DNA of 64,000 nucleotides from Chrysomallon squamiferum. Taxonomy: Eukaryota; Animalia; Mollusca. Shown here one piece after another: positions 26,701 through 39,800 of this stretch (within the stretch, counting starts at the first letter, position 1; each line of letters begins with the position of its first letter). The notes under the pieces are model-generated. The model searched no databases. It had not been told where the DNA came from and was given only the letters and a program-made list of their open reading frames with translations. The translations under genes were made by a program, and so were the position numbers. The DNA is taken from NCBI GenBank assembly GCA_012295275.1, contig CM022678.1, positions 14,570,001-14,634,000 of the forward strand, written 5' to 3'.

Positions 26701-29700
26701 ATTAAGTGAAATGATTAAAGTCAGTACTGAGTAAAATATTAAAGTGAGTGAAGTGAATGCAGTATTGAATGAAATATTAAGTGAAGTCTGAGTAAAGTAA
26801 GTAAAGTAAGCATTTCATAAAGTGAATAAAGTGAGTGAAAGGAGTGAAGTATTACAAAAAGTAAGTGAAAGTAGTGAAGTGAGTGAAGTATTATGTAAAG
26901 TGAGTGAAGTATTGAGTGAAGTGTGTGAAGTATTATGTAAAGTGAGTGAAGTGAGTGAAGTATTATGTAAAGTGAGTGAAAGGATTGAAGTGAGTGAAGT
27001 ATTATGTAAAGTGAGTGAAAGGATTGAAGTGAGTGAAGTATTATGTAAAGTGAGTGAAAGGAGTGAAAGGATTGAAGTGAGTGAAGTATTATGTAAAGTG
27101 AGTGAAAGGAGTGAAGTGAGTGAAATATTATGTAAAGTGAGTGAAGTATTATCTAAAGTGAGTGAAAGGAGTGAAGTGAGTGAAATATTATGTAAAGTGA
27201 GTGAAGTATTATGTAAAGTGAGTGAAAGGAGTGAAGTGAGTGAAATATGTAAAGTGAGTGAAAGGAGTGAAGTGAGTGAAAGGAGTGAAGTGAGTGAAAT
27301 ATTATGTAAAGTGAGTGAAGTATTATGTAAAGTGAGTGAAAGGAGTGAAGTGAGTGAAGTATTATGTAAAGTGAGTGAAAGGAGTGAAGTGAGTGAAGTA
27401 TTATGTAAAATGAGTGAAGTATTATGTAAAGTGAGTGAAAGGAGTGAAGTGAGTGAAGTATTATGTAAAGTGAGTGAAAGGAGTGAAGTGAGTGAAGTAT
27501 TATGCAAAGTGCATACACTGTTTGTTGATCTGCTGGATCTGGTTGACGGTCTCCTGCAGTAATGCACTCTTGTCGGGCTTGATGGAGAAAACGCTCATAT
27601 CCGTCAAACTGTCTGAGATCAACTCAGCTAACTCCTCAATGTACAAACTCTCCTGCTCTCTACGATGCTGATCATTCAGGCACTTCGTTCTGAAACAAAA
27701 AAAGTTCTACATAAAATCATCTAATAACAAGTGTGCATTCTCTTTTTTAAATAAAATACATTTATCTGAAGATGAATAAGTCTTCTTTAAATACAAATAA
27801 TGAAATATAAAAGAATATAAATTTTCATTTTGAAATACAAATGTATTTATCTGAAAACAGGATAGATCTTTAAATATAAGTAATAAAATTCATAAATAAA
27901 ATATAAATATTCATTTTGAAAAGCAACTGTATGTATATGAAAATATGACAGATCATCTTTAAATACAAATAATAGAATTTATAACTAAATATCATTTGAA
28001 AACAAGACAGACCTTTTTTTTTAAATACAAATAAAAAAAACATAATTCATTTAAAACAGTATGGATTTCATTTCAAACAATGAAATTTAATAATACTATG
28101 ATTTGACAATAGCATATTTCTGTTCATTAATAAAAATAGTAAATTACAAACATTTGACAATAACAGATTTGTATTCAGCAGATTTTGTTACAGTTCATGA
28201 CAGAAAATCAGTGACATTTTCTAGTGTTATTTTTTTTTTTTTTTTAACAAAACAAAATTACTGTATCTTTAAATGTAATCTTTTGATAAGAAGGTATATT
28301 ATTTAATTTATTATAAAAAATAATAATTTTAAAGGGTTTACAAGTATTTAATAATAATAATAGGATTAAATCATTTTATTTATTTTAACAGCAGATTTAA
28401 GAACAAAGAATAATAAATCTCTGATGTTATAACATCAAAAAAATAATGAATTAAAAATGTAAAATACTCTATCACTTAGTAATTAATGTAATTTATTTTT
28501 AATCCTAAAATCTCAGTCTAATCCACCAATGAAATAAAAAGAACTGGTAATGGGCTAGGTATGATACACACACAGCATGATGTAAGAATCTTAATAGATG
28601 CGTGTATTGAATCCTCAAGCTTGTATTTTATAAGATGATTGAACAAAGTTGATGTGAAATAAACAATGTTGTTTACACAGATCAAGACAGAGTTTGTCTC
28701 CAACAAAAAAGAGCCAACAAAGTATATTGATTTTCTTGTTTGGATTTGCATTCCGTCTACTATAAAGCTAAACACTCTCAAACAAATTGGAGGATTGTGT
28801 GAGCAATGTTAAACACCTCACTGGTGTTTTCAGCAAACACCCTTCAATATATGATCACATACAACACAATGTCAACTCACACATTCTAGTTTGTTTATAA
28901 AAAATTATTAAACAATATGCATTCACATGCAACACATGATCATCTCAATTACTTAATTTGATAATAAAAAAATTATTAAACAGCCTTCAATATATCATCA
29001 CGTACCACATAGAGATCAACTCACACATTTTAATTTGTTTATAAAAAATTATTAAACATCTCACTTGTGTTTTTGGCAAATACCCTTCAATATAGCATCA
29101 CACAATGAACAACATCTTTCTTCTTCTTTTTTTTAAATTATTAAACACCTCAATGGTGTTTTCAGCAATTATCCTTCAATATATATGATCACAGAAACAC
29201 AATATTCAACTCATATATTTTAATTTGTTTATAAAAATATATTAAACACCCTGCATTACATATACCACAATAATCAACTAACACATTCTAATTTGTTTTG
29301 AAAAATTAATTAGTTTTAGTGTTACTGCTGGTTAAATAGGAAAACAAAAACAAATGTTGATTAAAGAAAAAATTTGCTTTTTGTTATTAATTCTTTACTG
29401 GTAAACCAATGTGACACCTTTTTTCTTATTATTCATTAAATTCAAATATTATTTTTATGAAGATAATGTTTAAAGTTTAGATGAAATGAAACAGTTAAAA
29501 TACTTGGTCTTTATTTATTATTCTTATTATTGAATATTCTTTCATATTAACCAAATCTCTTTAGGACATTCTTTCTTTCATTTTTTTCTTCTTTATTTTT
29601 TTGTATGTTATTCTAATTATTTTTATTTTTAGACAAAGAGAAAGAAGGAACTGAGACTATATTTATACTGAGTAATAATTACTAATATTCCTGTTGGCCA

Positions 29701-32700
29701 GTGGTAAGTCCAGACAAGAGGACACTGGCCCGAGAGGAGAGGAAGTGAGGTCACACAGCTTGTGCTGTAACATCTGACTGACCGTTGAGGCAGTCAGTCA
29801 TGGCTGACCAATAGGCTCTATGCATGACTGGTTTTGATGGTCTGGAATTCCTCAGTTTATTTACTGCAATAATGACTCACCCAGCCTATCAGGAGGCATT
29901 GCAGCTAAATGTGTTACAGACTGACCACTAGTCTTACAGACCTGAATTCCTTCTGGTTCACAGAACATTAACATTGGCACAGACACACAGCTGTAACAAG
30001 ATCAGAACTACTGGATGTTCTATTTACTACAATACTAACTAACATACATTCATTTATAACAAGTGCTTTATTCTTATACATAATAATTTCTGAAATATGT
30101 AAAACATCAAACACAGAAGTAAAAATTCCAATAATTATGACTGTTAAAAAAACTAAAGTGTTATTTTAAATGTTGGCCTCTTTAATACAGTTGGTTATTA
30201 TGTTTGTTTTTTGTAGGGTTTTTTCTTCTTTTTTTCTCAAGCAACAGGTCACACAAGATGTAGATAAGTCTTGCTTTATATATAAAAACTTTCTAACAAA
30301 CTGTTAATGCATGGATATCATGTTAGAAAGTTTGATCAGTATGAAATGTCAGTTTGCATCTTGGGCTCCATCTAAGAAGATCTTGTATTTAGTTATTGAT
30401 TTTGGTCAGACAGATTGATACAACATGCAGATAATTCTCTTTTTTCATAACAAAAAATAGCTTAACTTAAAGATAGATTAACGAGAAATTCAAAAATAAA
30501 CTGGACACTAACAAACAGCTTCAACATTTGTAAATAGTTATATTTTTAAAGAAAAGGAAGACCATTATTTTAAAATAAAAATATAACAGAACAAAATTTA
30601 TAAAAATGTATTTAACATCCATTTTGAAGAAACTCACAATTGAATCGATGGGTTATTTGATCACACATATTCACAAAGATGTTCACAAAGCAAAAGCTGT
30701 TTGAATCTGGGTAAACTCTGTGGCCACCAGCCAATGCAAGCAAGCAACTGCTTAGATTAACTAACTACAAAACAAAACTATAGACAACCAGTCAGGCTGC
30801 AAGTGGATTTTATCAGAGATAGTAACAAAACCACATGTCTTTTGTGTAACACCAACTTACTAAACATATCATATAAACAAAATGCCATGTAAACAAAAAT
30901 GTAACAAATGTGTTATATAACTACATGGCTCATATATATATAAAACCACCTGTTTGTGTATGTGTTCGCACACACAAACACTCATGCCCAAACACATGAA
31001 CATTCACAACTGCAAGATGTATTAATATTAACACACCCGTCCACAAAATTGTAATTACACCCTTTTCAAACCTAACATTTACCACAGAGCTATGTAATAA
31101 GAATTCAAAACATCGACCTAACTCTGGACAATAAACTCTGTATCACACGTTTTGCAATGGTTTATTACACTGCTATAAAAAGTTTGAGATTAGACACAAA
31201 CACTGGTTCAGTAATTTAAAAAAGTGTAACTGAAAACTGCCTGTAAAGAAACTGAATACTGAAGTAAGAAGCAGAAGAGGACGTTATGTGTAAACTGACA
31301 CAAACACAATTCACAGAAGAACTGTTCTGTTGTATTAAAGAGAACATACTCTTAATACATATTAAATATCTCGTTATATTTTTTTGTCTCAGTTTTCTTT
31401 GCGTGAGGTTTTTTTTTTTGTTCATATGAACTTGTGTGCTAATATGTGAATAAAACGAATATTCATCATTCATGTTTACATGTGTGTGTGTGGTGTGTGT
31501 GTGTTTGTCTTTTGACATACACACACACACACATATGTAAAAATAAACACTAAAATATAAATAAATTGTTTAAATATGTTTTTGTGTCACTTTTTTGTAC
31601 GTTTTAATTCTGTGACACTATATTAATATCTGGCCTTTGTTAAAGAATAATTTTCACATAGAATGAACCTATTTTCAGATAGATCTTGTTAGATATTGCC
31701 TTTAATTCTATTAAGCTTATTACAGAGGATTAAAAGAAATTATGTAAATTAAACAGTAATTTTACTTAACACAGACTATAATTAACTTTACTGGATGAAT
31801 TCAAGTTACAGTGACTCTGCTGATGTAAATTAAACTTCTCAAACTTCAGAAAACAAACTGCCTGACTTCAGTTGTGTATGGACTCCAATTAATAAAAACT
31901 TTGTATCAAACAGCATAGGTAGTAGTTTTCAAATAACTACATTCAATACTTTTATGTATTTCATTTTTCAACATATTTGTAAACATAAAAAGCAACATTT
32001 TCTATGGTTTTTTGTATCTACATCAGGCATGTCAAAATAACGGCCCAAGGCCATACAAAAATTTCTACAGTGCAAGTTTTATCTTAGTAAAACATTTTTT
32101 TTTTACTTTGTATCCATGAATGCTGCTAAACTGCTAAAACATTTGCATGCACATCTATATTTTAGATTAAGCATATGCAGCTGCAATAAATATAAATTGT
32201 TTATAATACACTTTTTGTTTCTTAGTTCTATTGGTGCAGCCCCAAACATACTCAAATTTTCTGATGCAGCCCTAGGTAGACGAGTTCAACACCCCTGATC
32301 TATGTCATACATGACCATTAAAGTTCTATATGAATTCAAAATGAACAAAATCTTTTTTGAACTGCATATACAGTCATTTTCACATAATTACATATAGTAT
32401 TTGTGTAAGTGTTTAATTTTTCTCACAATGTTTATATAAAAAAAAAAAAAAAAAACAAGTTTCTTGATTTGTATCTACATAGTGCAAGCAGACAAGATAT
32501 GTTAGTAAATATTCACCAACAGTTTAAACATTTTTGACTTTGTTTACCGACATTTGAAGCTGCTAAGAACAGATATGTCTTTGTGTGTTAGTTCCATGAT
32601 GATATAATGAAAATCCAGACATACAGGACATAAAAAGAAAACAGAATTACATAATGAGATGCAATGATATAAAATTAGAAAAGTTCTATGAGGTTAAGTT

Positions 32701-35062
32701 TTAATAAAGATATTTTTTTATCTGGATATTTCAAACACTGGAAAAAAAAGAAGAAATAATAATAATAAATAAAGACAAAACTTAAAAAACATAAATATAT
32801 ATATATTTTAAATATTTTAATATTATTTTTAACTTTTTAAAATAAGTTTTAAGCACAAAATAAAAGTAACAAACTAACAAGTGAGTTTTTATAACTCACT
32901 TCAAACACATATAGACAAATAAACTTCACAGCTTTTTACTCTTTATCCAAACACTTTGAGTTGGCAACAAGTAAGAAGATTAAAGAGTAAAAATTCCCAG
33001 GTGATGAGCATTTGATGTTCTGACACAAGAAGAAGATGTAATATGGAGAGCACCAGATAACCTGAAAATACTGCTTAACCCAGCAGCAGAAGAAGCCAGC
33101 AGTCGGTGCAGGGAAGTGTCAGTGTTGTGTGGAATACTGAGGTACAGGACACCAGTGTGGGAAACAATCCTCAGTAAAACAAAAATCAATGAATAAAAAC
33201 ACATTTTACTGAAAGATGTTCAAGGAAAGATACTAAACTAAATTTTAGACAGTAATTTCATGAAGTTTCTTTAACTTTCTTCATCTAAAACACAAAAAAA
33301 AAAAAAAAAAAAAGAAGAGCAACCCCCAAAAAAACCAACCCTGCAGCTTTGAGAATAATGTCAAAGTGTAAATCATATTTCCCATTAAACCAAAGCTCCT
33401 CACCTGCACCAGCCTTTTTCAAATTTATTATTATTATTAATGTAATCATACTAAAGAAACTAACATATTAACAACTTAGACTGAAATGTGGATCTGTAAT
33501 ATACAGTACATACATATAATCAAAAATTTGTACAACTTTATTAAACAATCAAGCAGTGATTTCATATTAATGTTGTTGTGTGGTTTTTTGTTTCATTTTT
33601 GTTTGTTTGTTTTCTTTTGATTTTTGTTTCATTTAATTAACAAGATATGTGAATGGCATAGAATAAACAATACATAGACTTGAACATCAGTAAAAGTCGC
33701 TGGTGACCTGAACATCTGTGAAGTTTGTTTTAAAGATTCTAATGAACTAGATTAGAGTGAAAGAAGCCCAAATTTATTTATTTTTAAATGACAATACATA
33801 CAGATTATTAATGAATTCTAATCCTTTTCTGTAAAATGTTAATAAAAGGGATTTATTTTCTTAAACACAGTTGTTCATAATAACGAAGAACAACTCCAAT
33901 AAAATAGAAGCTGCATTTATCTTAGACTAAAAATAAAATTAAATGTTGATAAAGATGGGAGTTTCAAATATTGTAAAGTTTCATCTAAAAACACATATGC
34001 TTATTTTTATTTTTATTTATTTAATTACTTTTATCTTTAGTTAGCAAAAAGGATAATTACATCATTCTCTTTACAAATAGATGATCTATTTAATGTCATT
34101 TCTGAAGTCCTGTCTACAGCTAACAATTCTCACAACTTTCAATAACCAAGTGAAAGGTGACCACTGCAGTGAAATGATCCTGTGACCTACAGGCTTGATG
34201 ACAATACTGTGACCACTGTGTCACTGGAACCTGACTCGGGGTGGAGACAATCTGATAGTGAGATGTGTACAATGGCAGTGTCTGATCACAACAATAGACA
34301 CAGCTTCACTCTCTTACAACAACTGCTGCTAAAACTTCAACCAAAGGATGTTTGGTTAGCTATTAAGAGATGCCATGAGAACCATACAGACACACAGGCC
34401 CATTTTAGGTGGCTGATATGGTCACCTGCTATTAATACAGTATTTCAGTGGAAATTTAAAATCACTCTGAAATTCACATAAATACTTTTAATAACAGGGT
34501 GATCATTTAGATTGATGAAAATAATCAAGATTTTGATTTGATTATCAATTTGTATGCACATTAGTTAAATATCTAATAGCTTCCTATTTTGTTTTGTTCC
34601 TGGTTTTAAAAATAATATTACTTCAATATGCCCAAGAATGTTAGTTAAAAGGATAACTAATAATAGTAAATTGTATTATGGTGGATTTAAGAAATATTTG
34701 CTAGGTATGTAAATTACTTTAATACTTTACTTGTAACTTAAGATCTTTGAAAACTGATAATATAAAAAAAAAAATGTTTATTTAAAAACATATATGTTTG
34801 GACAGTGAGTCATTTACACTCATCATGGTGTCTCACAGTTTAGGAATTAAATTGTGAGATTTATTTATAAAACTTAAAATAAACAAAACTGGTACCAGAT
34901 TATCAGTTGCCAGAAAATTGTCGATCTTGTAAAATTATTACATTTTTATTTAGGGTTTTTCTTTTACATTTTATTATTATTATTATTTTATCACCATAAT
35001 AATTATCATTTTATGTTACTTATTATTATTGTTATTGTTATTATTATTAATACCATTATTAT

Positions 35063-35093
<31 letters not shown>

Positions 35094-36702
35094 AATACCA
35101 GCAATCAACTAACGGAAACTAGACTGATCAAACTTTAAAAAATCCATTCTATCTTGTGTTGTTGGATTCTGTGATAATGAAAGGAATTTCTTTTTTTTAA
35201 AAGCAGTTGGTCAGTTCTTAGCACACAATTCTTACAAAGAAAAATCTAAGGACCTGACTGTTTGTTTGGGAAAAGAATAACCATGGAACATTTGTGGCTT
35301 AAAACCTTCAACTTCCTCAGGACATGTTAGATGTATGGGTTTGTACTGAGCCAGTGTATAGAATGAGAGACATGCAAGGACAAAGCCGGTGTGTGTGAAT
35401 GGTAATAAGAAGATCAGGCTGTTTGAATAGAGAAATGATTGGTGGTCAGAGATGAATACACAGACTTGGAACGTTACTTGGTCTTACTGGAGTGGGGATT
35501 TGTGGGTGGGTTACCGGGGTGGGTTACCAGCATCATGATACTGCATCACTGGTTGGTGGCACCATGTTTAATTGCAGGCAGGTGATTTGAAGAAAGGGCT
35601 GAGTGTCAGACAACAATGAAGAAGAAAATGAATTTCCTGCCAAGGCAATCCATTAAATCTTAAACAGAACTAGAAATTTATACAATATGTAAAAAATAAG
35701 GTTCACTTGCATACAAAACCTCAGTTGACAATAAATAACAGTAACCCATAGATTTTATTCCTCTTTTAAAATAACACAAACAACGAAATATAAACAACTA
35801 ATGTGTCAGTAATATATGGTAATTTAATTTAAAATGAAAGAAAACACATGAAAACAGATAAAAAATTATTAAAGTTTTTTTTCTAACCACTTTTTCACAC
35901 TGAGTATCAGTGAAACAGTTTTAGTCAAAGCAGAAGTGAAATAAATGTCTTTCTCCTGACAGTTTTATTACAGGTTCTCGATATTTAATAAACATTAAAA
36001 TAGCTAAATAATCCTAGCTGTAAGACTCAATCAGAATTTATTATTATTCACAGCCATTAAAACAACAAAAGTACTTCAAACAGTTACAGACAAAGCATAT
36101 TTTTTTGTTTAACTACATGGAAGTCAATAGTGTTTGTATAACTGTATTCACTAAAACATTATTACCCTGTTATTATTATTATAACAAGTGTCGTGTTTTT
36201 TAATTGCCCTAGTGAAACACTTGACTCAGTCTGACCAACTTTGGCCCATGATATCCACTGAATATCTACATATAGTCTATAAATAGATTAATGCTGACTG
36301 CAGAAAATACTTCTGAAATTCATGAGTTTTCTAATAATTTTCAGTGCCTTTCTGGTGCACCTGTATTCAAACAGAGCTTTACCACTGTGCACATTCAAAA
36401 CAAAAACTGGTTAGGAAAAAATAAATTCATTTTCAATACTGCTGTGTTACTAGTAGATGATGGCATAAATTTCAACACCCATCACTGTGCACTCTGTGTG
36501 GTGACATGCCGAATTACATGATGTCAGCTTAATTAGCGTTTTACAAGACAGGATCAAAAGTGACACTGATAGTGAATATAATTTAAAAAACAAAAACAAA
36601 AACAAGCATCTGTCCTGATGAACACAATATTCTGAGTGCTTCATATATATTATGTATGTGTGCATGTTTGTGTGTGTGTGTATGTGTGTTTGTTTACATG
36701 CA

Positions 36703-36744
<42 letters not shown>

Positions 36745-36780
36745 TATGTATATATGTACATATATGTCTGTGTGTGTTTA

Positions 36781-36830
<50 letters not shown>

Positions 36831-39800
36831 CATGTATTGCAATTCATAAATCATATTTGTCTTTTCTCCAGTTTCAGTGGCTCAATTTCAATTGTTTTTG
36901 ACAGCTGTTATCATTATTACTTAATTATTTTCAGTAGCATGCACAACATTTTATTAGTTTTTTCTTACATTCCTAACTACAACATCCATTTTTACCAAAT
37001 GTTTGTCATTAATCCCATTTATTTATTTACACCTTAAATCTCAAAGTTTATTTTTTTATTAGAAAAAAGAAGAAAAAGAAACAGCCAGAAAGCTACTATC
37101 ATTTAGTTGTTTTTGCTTATTGAAATAAGATGTTGTGTAAACTGAAGTGACACAATACCTCTTACCTAATCCTATAAATATGGATTGTTAAAAACAGAAT
37201 TTATATACTAACCAAAGCATAACCAGAACTTTAATTAAACAATTCTCTAATCAAAAGACTGGTAAACACCAACATACTGTAATTTATGTATGCTAACACA
37301 TGTAATTTATGTATGCTAACACATGTAATTTATGTATATTAACACATTAATTTATGTACGTTAACACCTTAATTTATATATATGCTAATTTATGTAATTT
37401 ATGTGTGCGTGCTAACACATTGTAATGTACGTATGCTAAACACTGTAATGTATGTATGCTAACACATTGTAATGTTTGCTTCATAACACATTGTAATCTA
37501 TGTATGCTAACACATTGTAATGTATGTGTGCTAACACACTGTAATGTATGTATGCTAACACTTTGTAATTTTATTATTTATGTCTGTATACTGAAAGTAG
37601 TTTTTACTGAAAAATGGTATTATGTATGATATGAAAAGAAACTGTTACATGCAGATACCAGACAATGATCACTTTGTGATGTGTGTTATTGCTCTCAATA
37701 ATTTCACTTGAATACTATTTCCTCCAGTGAAAAAAAATAACATAAATCCTTTATTAGCATGATAAAGCTGCAGCCATCTCAATACCTGCCAGCAATCAAA
37801 CACAAATTTAACTGTGTATACCATTCATAAGTCATACAATTTGATATATAACATTTTATTTTTATTTTTTATTTTACTTTTTATTATTATTTTCTTGGCA
37901 TAAATTTGTTTAGCATTAATGCATCGCTTTACAGCACTGTTTGTATTTATAAAAATACTGATGTACATAGAATGTATTTGGTTTGTACATGTGTTTGTGG
38001 GTGATAGGCATGTGTATGTAAATGTGTTTGTGGGTGGGACATGCATGCACTTGTCTGTATGGATGGAGGTCAGGATGGCTAAGTGTTGTTAAGTGTGTGG
38101 GTACTGGTATTGATGGATGTAGTGGTTTATATGTGTGTTTTTAAAAACATTTATATCTATACATTTTTTTTTGATGTCTTGTATATGTTTAACCAGTTAT
38201 TGTAACATCCATAAATAATTACATCATTTCTACTTTATTTGTGGATACATTTCCTTTGTTACTGATAAAGAAAAAAGATGGTACTGATCTATTTACTTTT
38301 TCTGTCTTAATTACAACAAAAGTGAAACATGTACTTGAAAGAGGTTGTGATGTAAAACAAAGCATGCCCTGTACCTGGTGATCTTCCTCACTCACATCTA
38401 TTTTAAGTACATTCTTTTAAAAACAAGAAAGTATTTATTAACACTTTAGATAAACATTATTTAAAAAACTGTCTATTCTTTAAAAAAAAAAAAAAAAACA
38501 TTTCTTAACACTAATGAATTATATTAAAAATTTAATGGTACACATAGTTACATTAAAAAAAAAAAATAATAACTAAAAATATTTCTTAATATTCATAACA
38601 GTTTATTTATTTTATATATAACAGTACATGTGGATTTAAAAAAAATTAAAAAAGATGTTTGGAACTCATAATAAACCAAGTGACAAGAATCCATTTATAA
38701 AATTTAAGAGCAAATCTGAAAATGTATCTCGATTAACCAAGCTTTTAAGAGAATGTTATCTGTTATAAAAAAACAACAAATATAAATCTAAATATATAGA
38801 TAATTTTCAGTCATTTGATGGAAGTATCTATAACACATTTTTCTTCATGAAAAATGAACTACAGAAATCCTTTTTTTTAAATTTTACTCTCATAAAATTT
38901 GCATTTTCACTACAGCAGCAAATATATTAGTATTTGGAAATGAATAAAAAAGGAACTTATCTACATTTTAAATCAAACAGTCGTTTTCAAAAGGCTTTAA
39001 TTTAATTTCTGACTTATTTTAATTTGAAAAAAGTCAAACATTCACAGATAATATACCAAAAATGTCACTGTCACTGTAAAACTGAAGTTATTTTTAAAAC
39101 AAAAATTACAATTTGCAAAGTAAATATTTTGTATATATGTATATGACAGGAATAGACATTTTTATTTAATATTTATTGTTAACTGAACTTTTATCTTCAT
39201 ACCTATTAAAGATGGTTTCTGTCAAACTTGTTATTTCATAAAACTCATAACACTTGTTTAAATTTCACAACTTTTTGTTTTAGTTTTTTTTTTTTTTTTT
39301 CACAATGATTTAAGAGTAATAAAACACTAGAATATACTTCTTTTAGATTTATCTTGATTTCCTGTTAACACTTGATATACATACTGAAAAACAATAATAC
39401 AAAAATTACAATTATTTTCTGATTGTAAGAAGACCAGGTGTCAGTAAGTGTTGTGAAGAAAACACAAATCCTTTTTTTTGTAAATCCTCACAGCTAGGTG
39501 AAGACAGATTAGTGTCAGAACAGCAGTGTCCAGTACAACCACTGACCACTGGTTTGTCAACATCATAGATTAGTTTACATTTCACACAATCTAACATTTA
39601 TTTGGGATGCCATGCACACAATGTTCAGTTTATGCTTCATTAGGTTTCCATACTTAAACATCGCCACTATACTTTAAATCAATCTATTTTGACTGCAAAT
39701 CAATCTATTTTGAAATAAAAATCTTAAAATTTCAGTTTCACCATTTCTCGATTTTATATATATATGTATTATAAAATTAATAAAAGAAGGAACTGGAATA

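Noticed and set aside
26815-27567. 246-250 aa ORFs on both strands as protein-coding genes
   Set aside because: Low-complexity satellite translations (SEVLCKV / LHNTSLT); the minus ORF overlaps the bHLH exon in the wrong frame
33136-33176. actgagg...cctcagt hairpin as an ncRNA
   Set aside because: Only a 7-bp stem with no other support
36450-37037. YIYIYI / CVCVCV ORFs
   Set aside because: Translation of dinucleotide repeats
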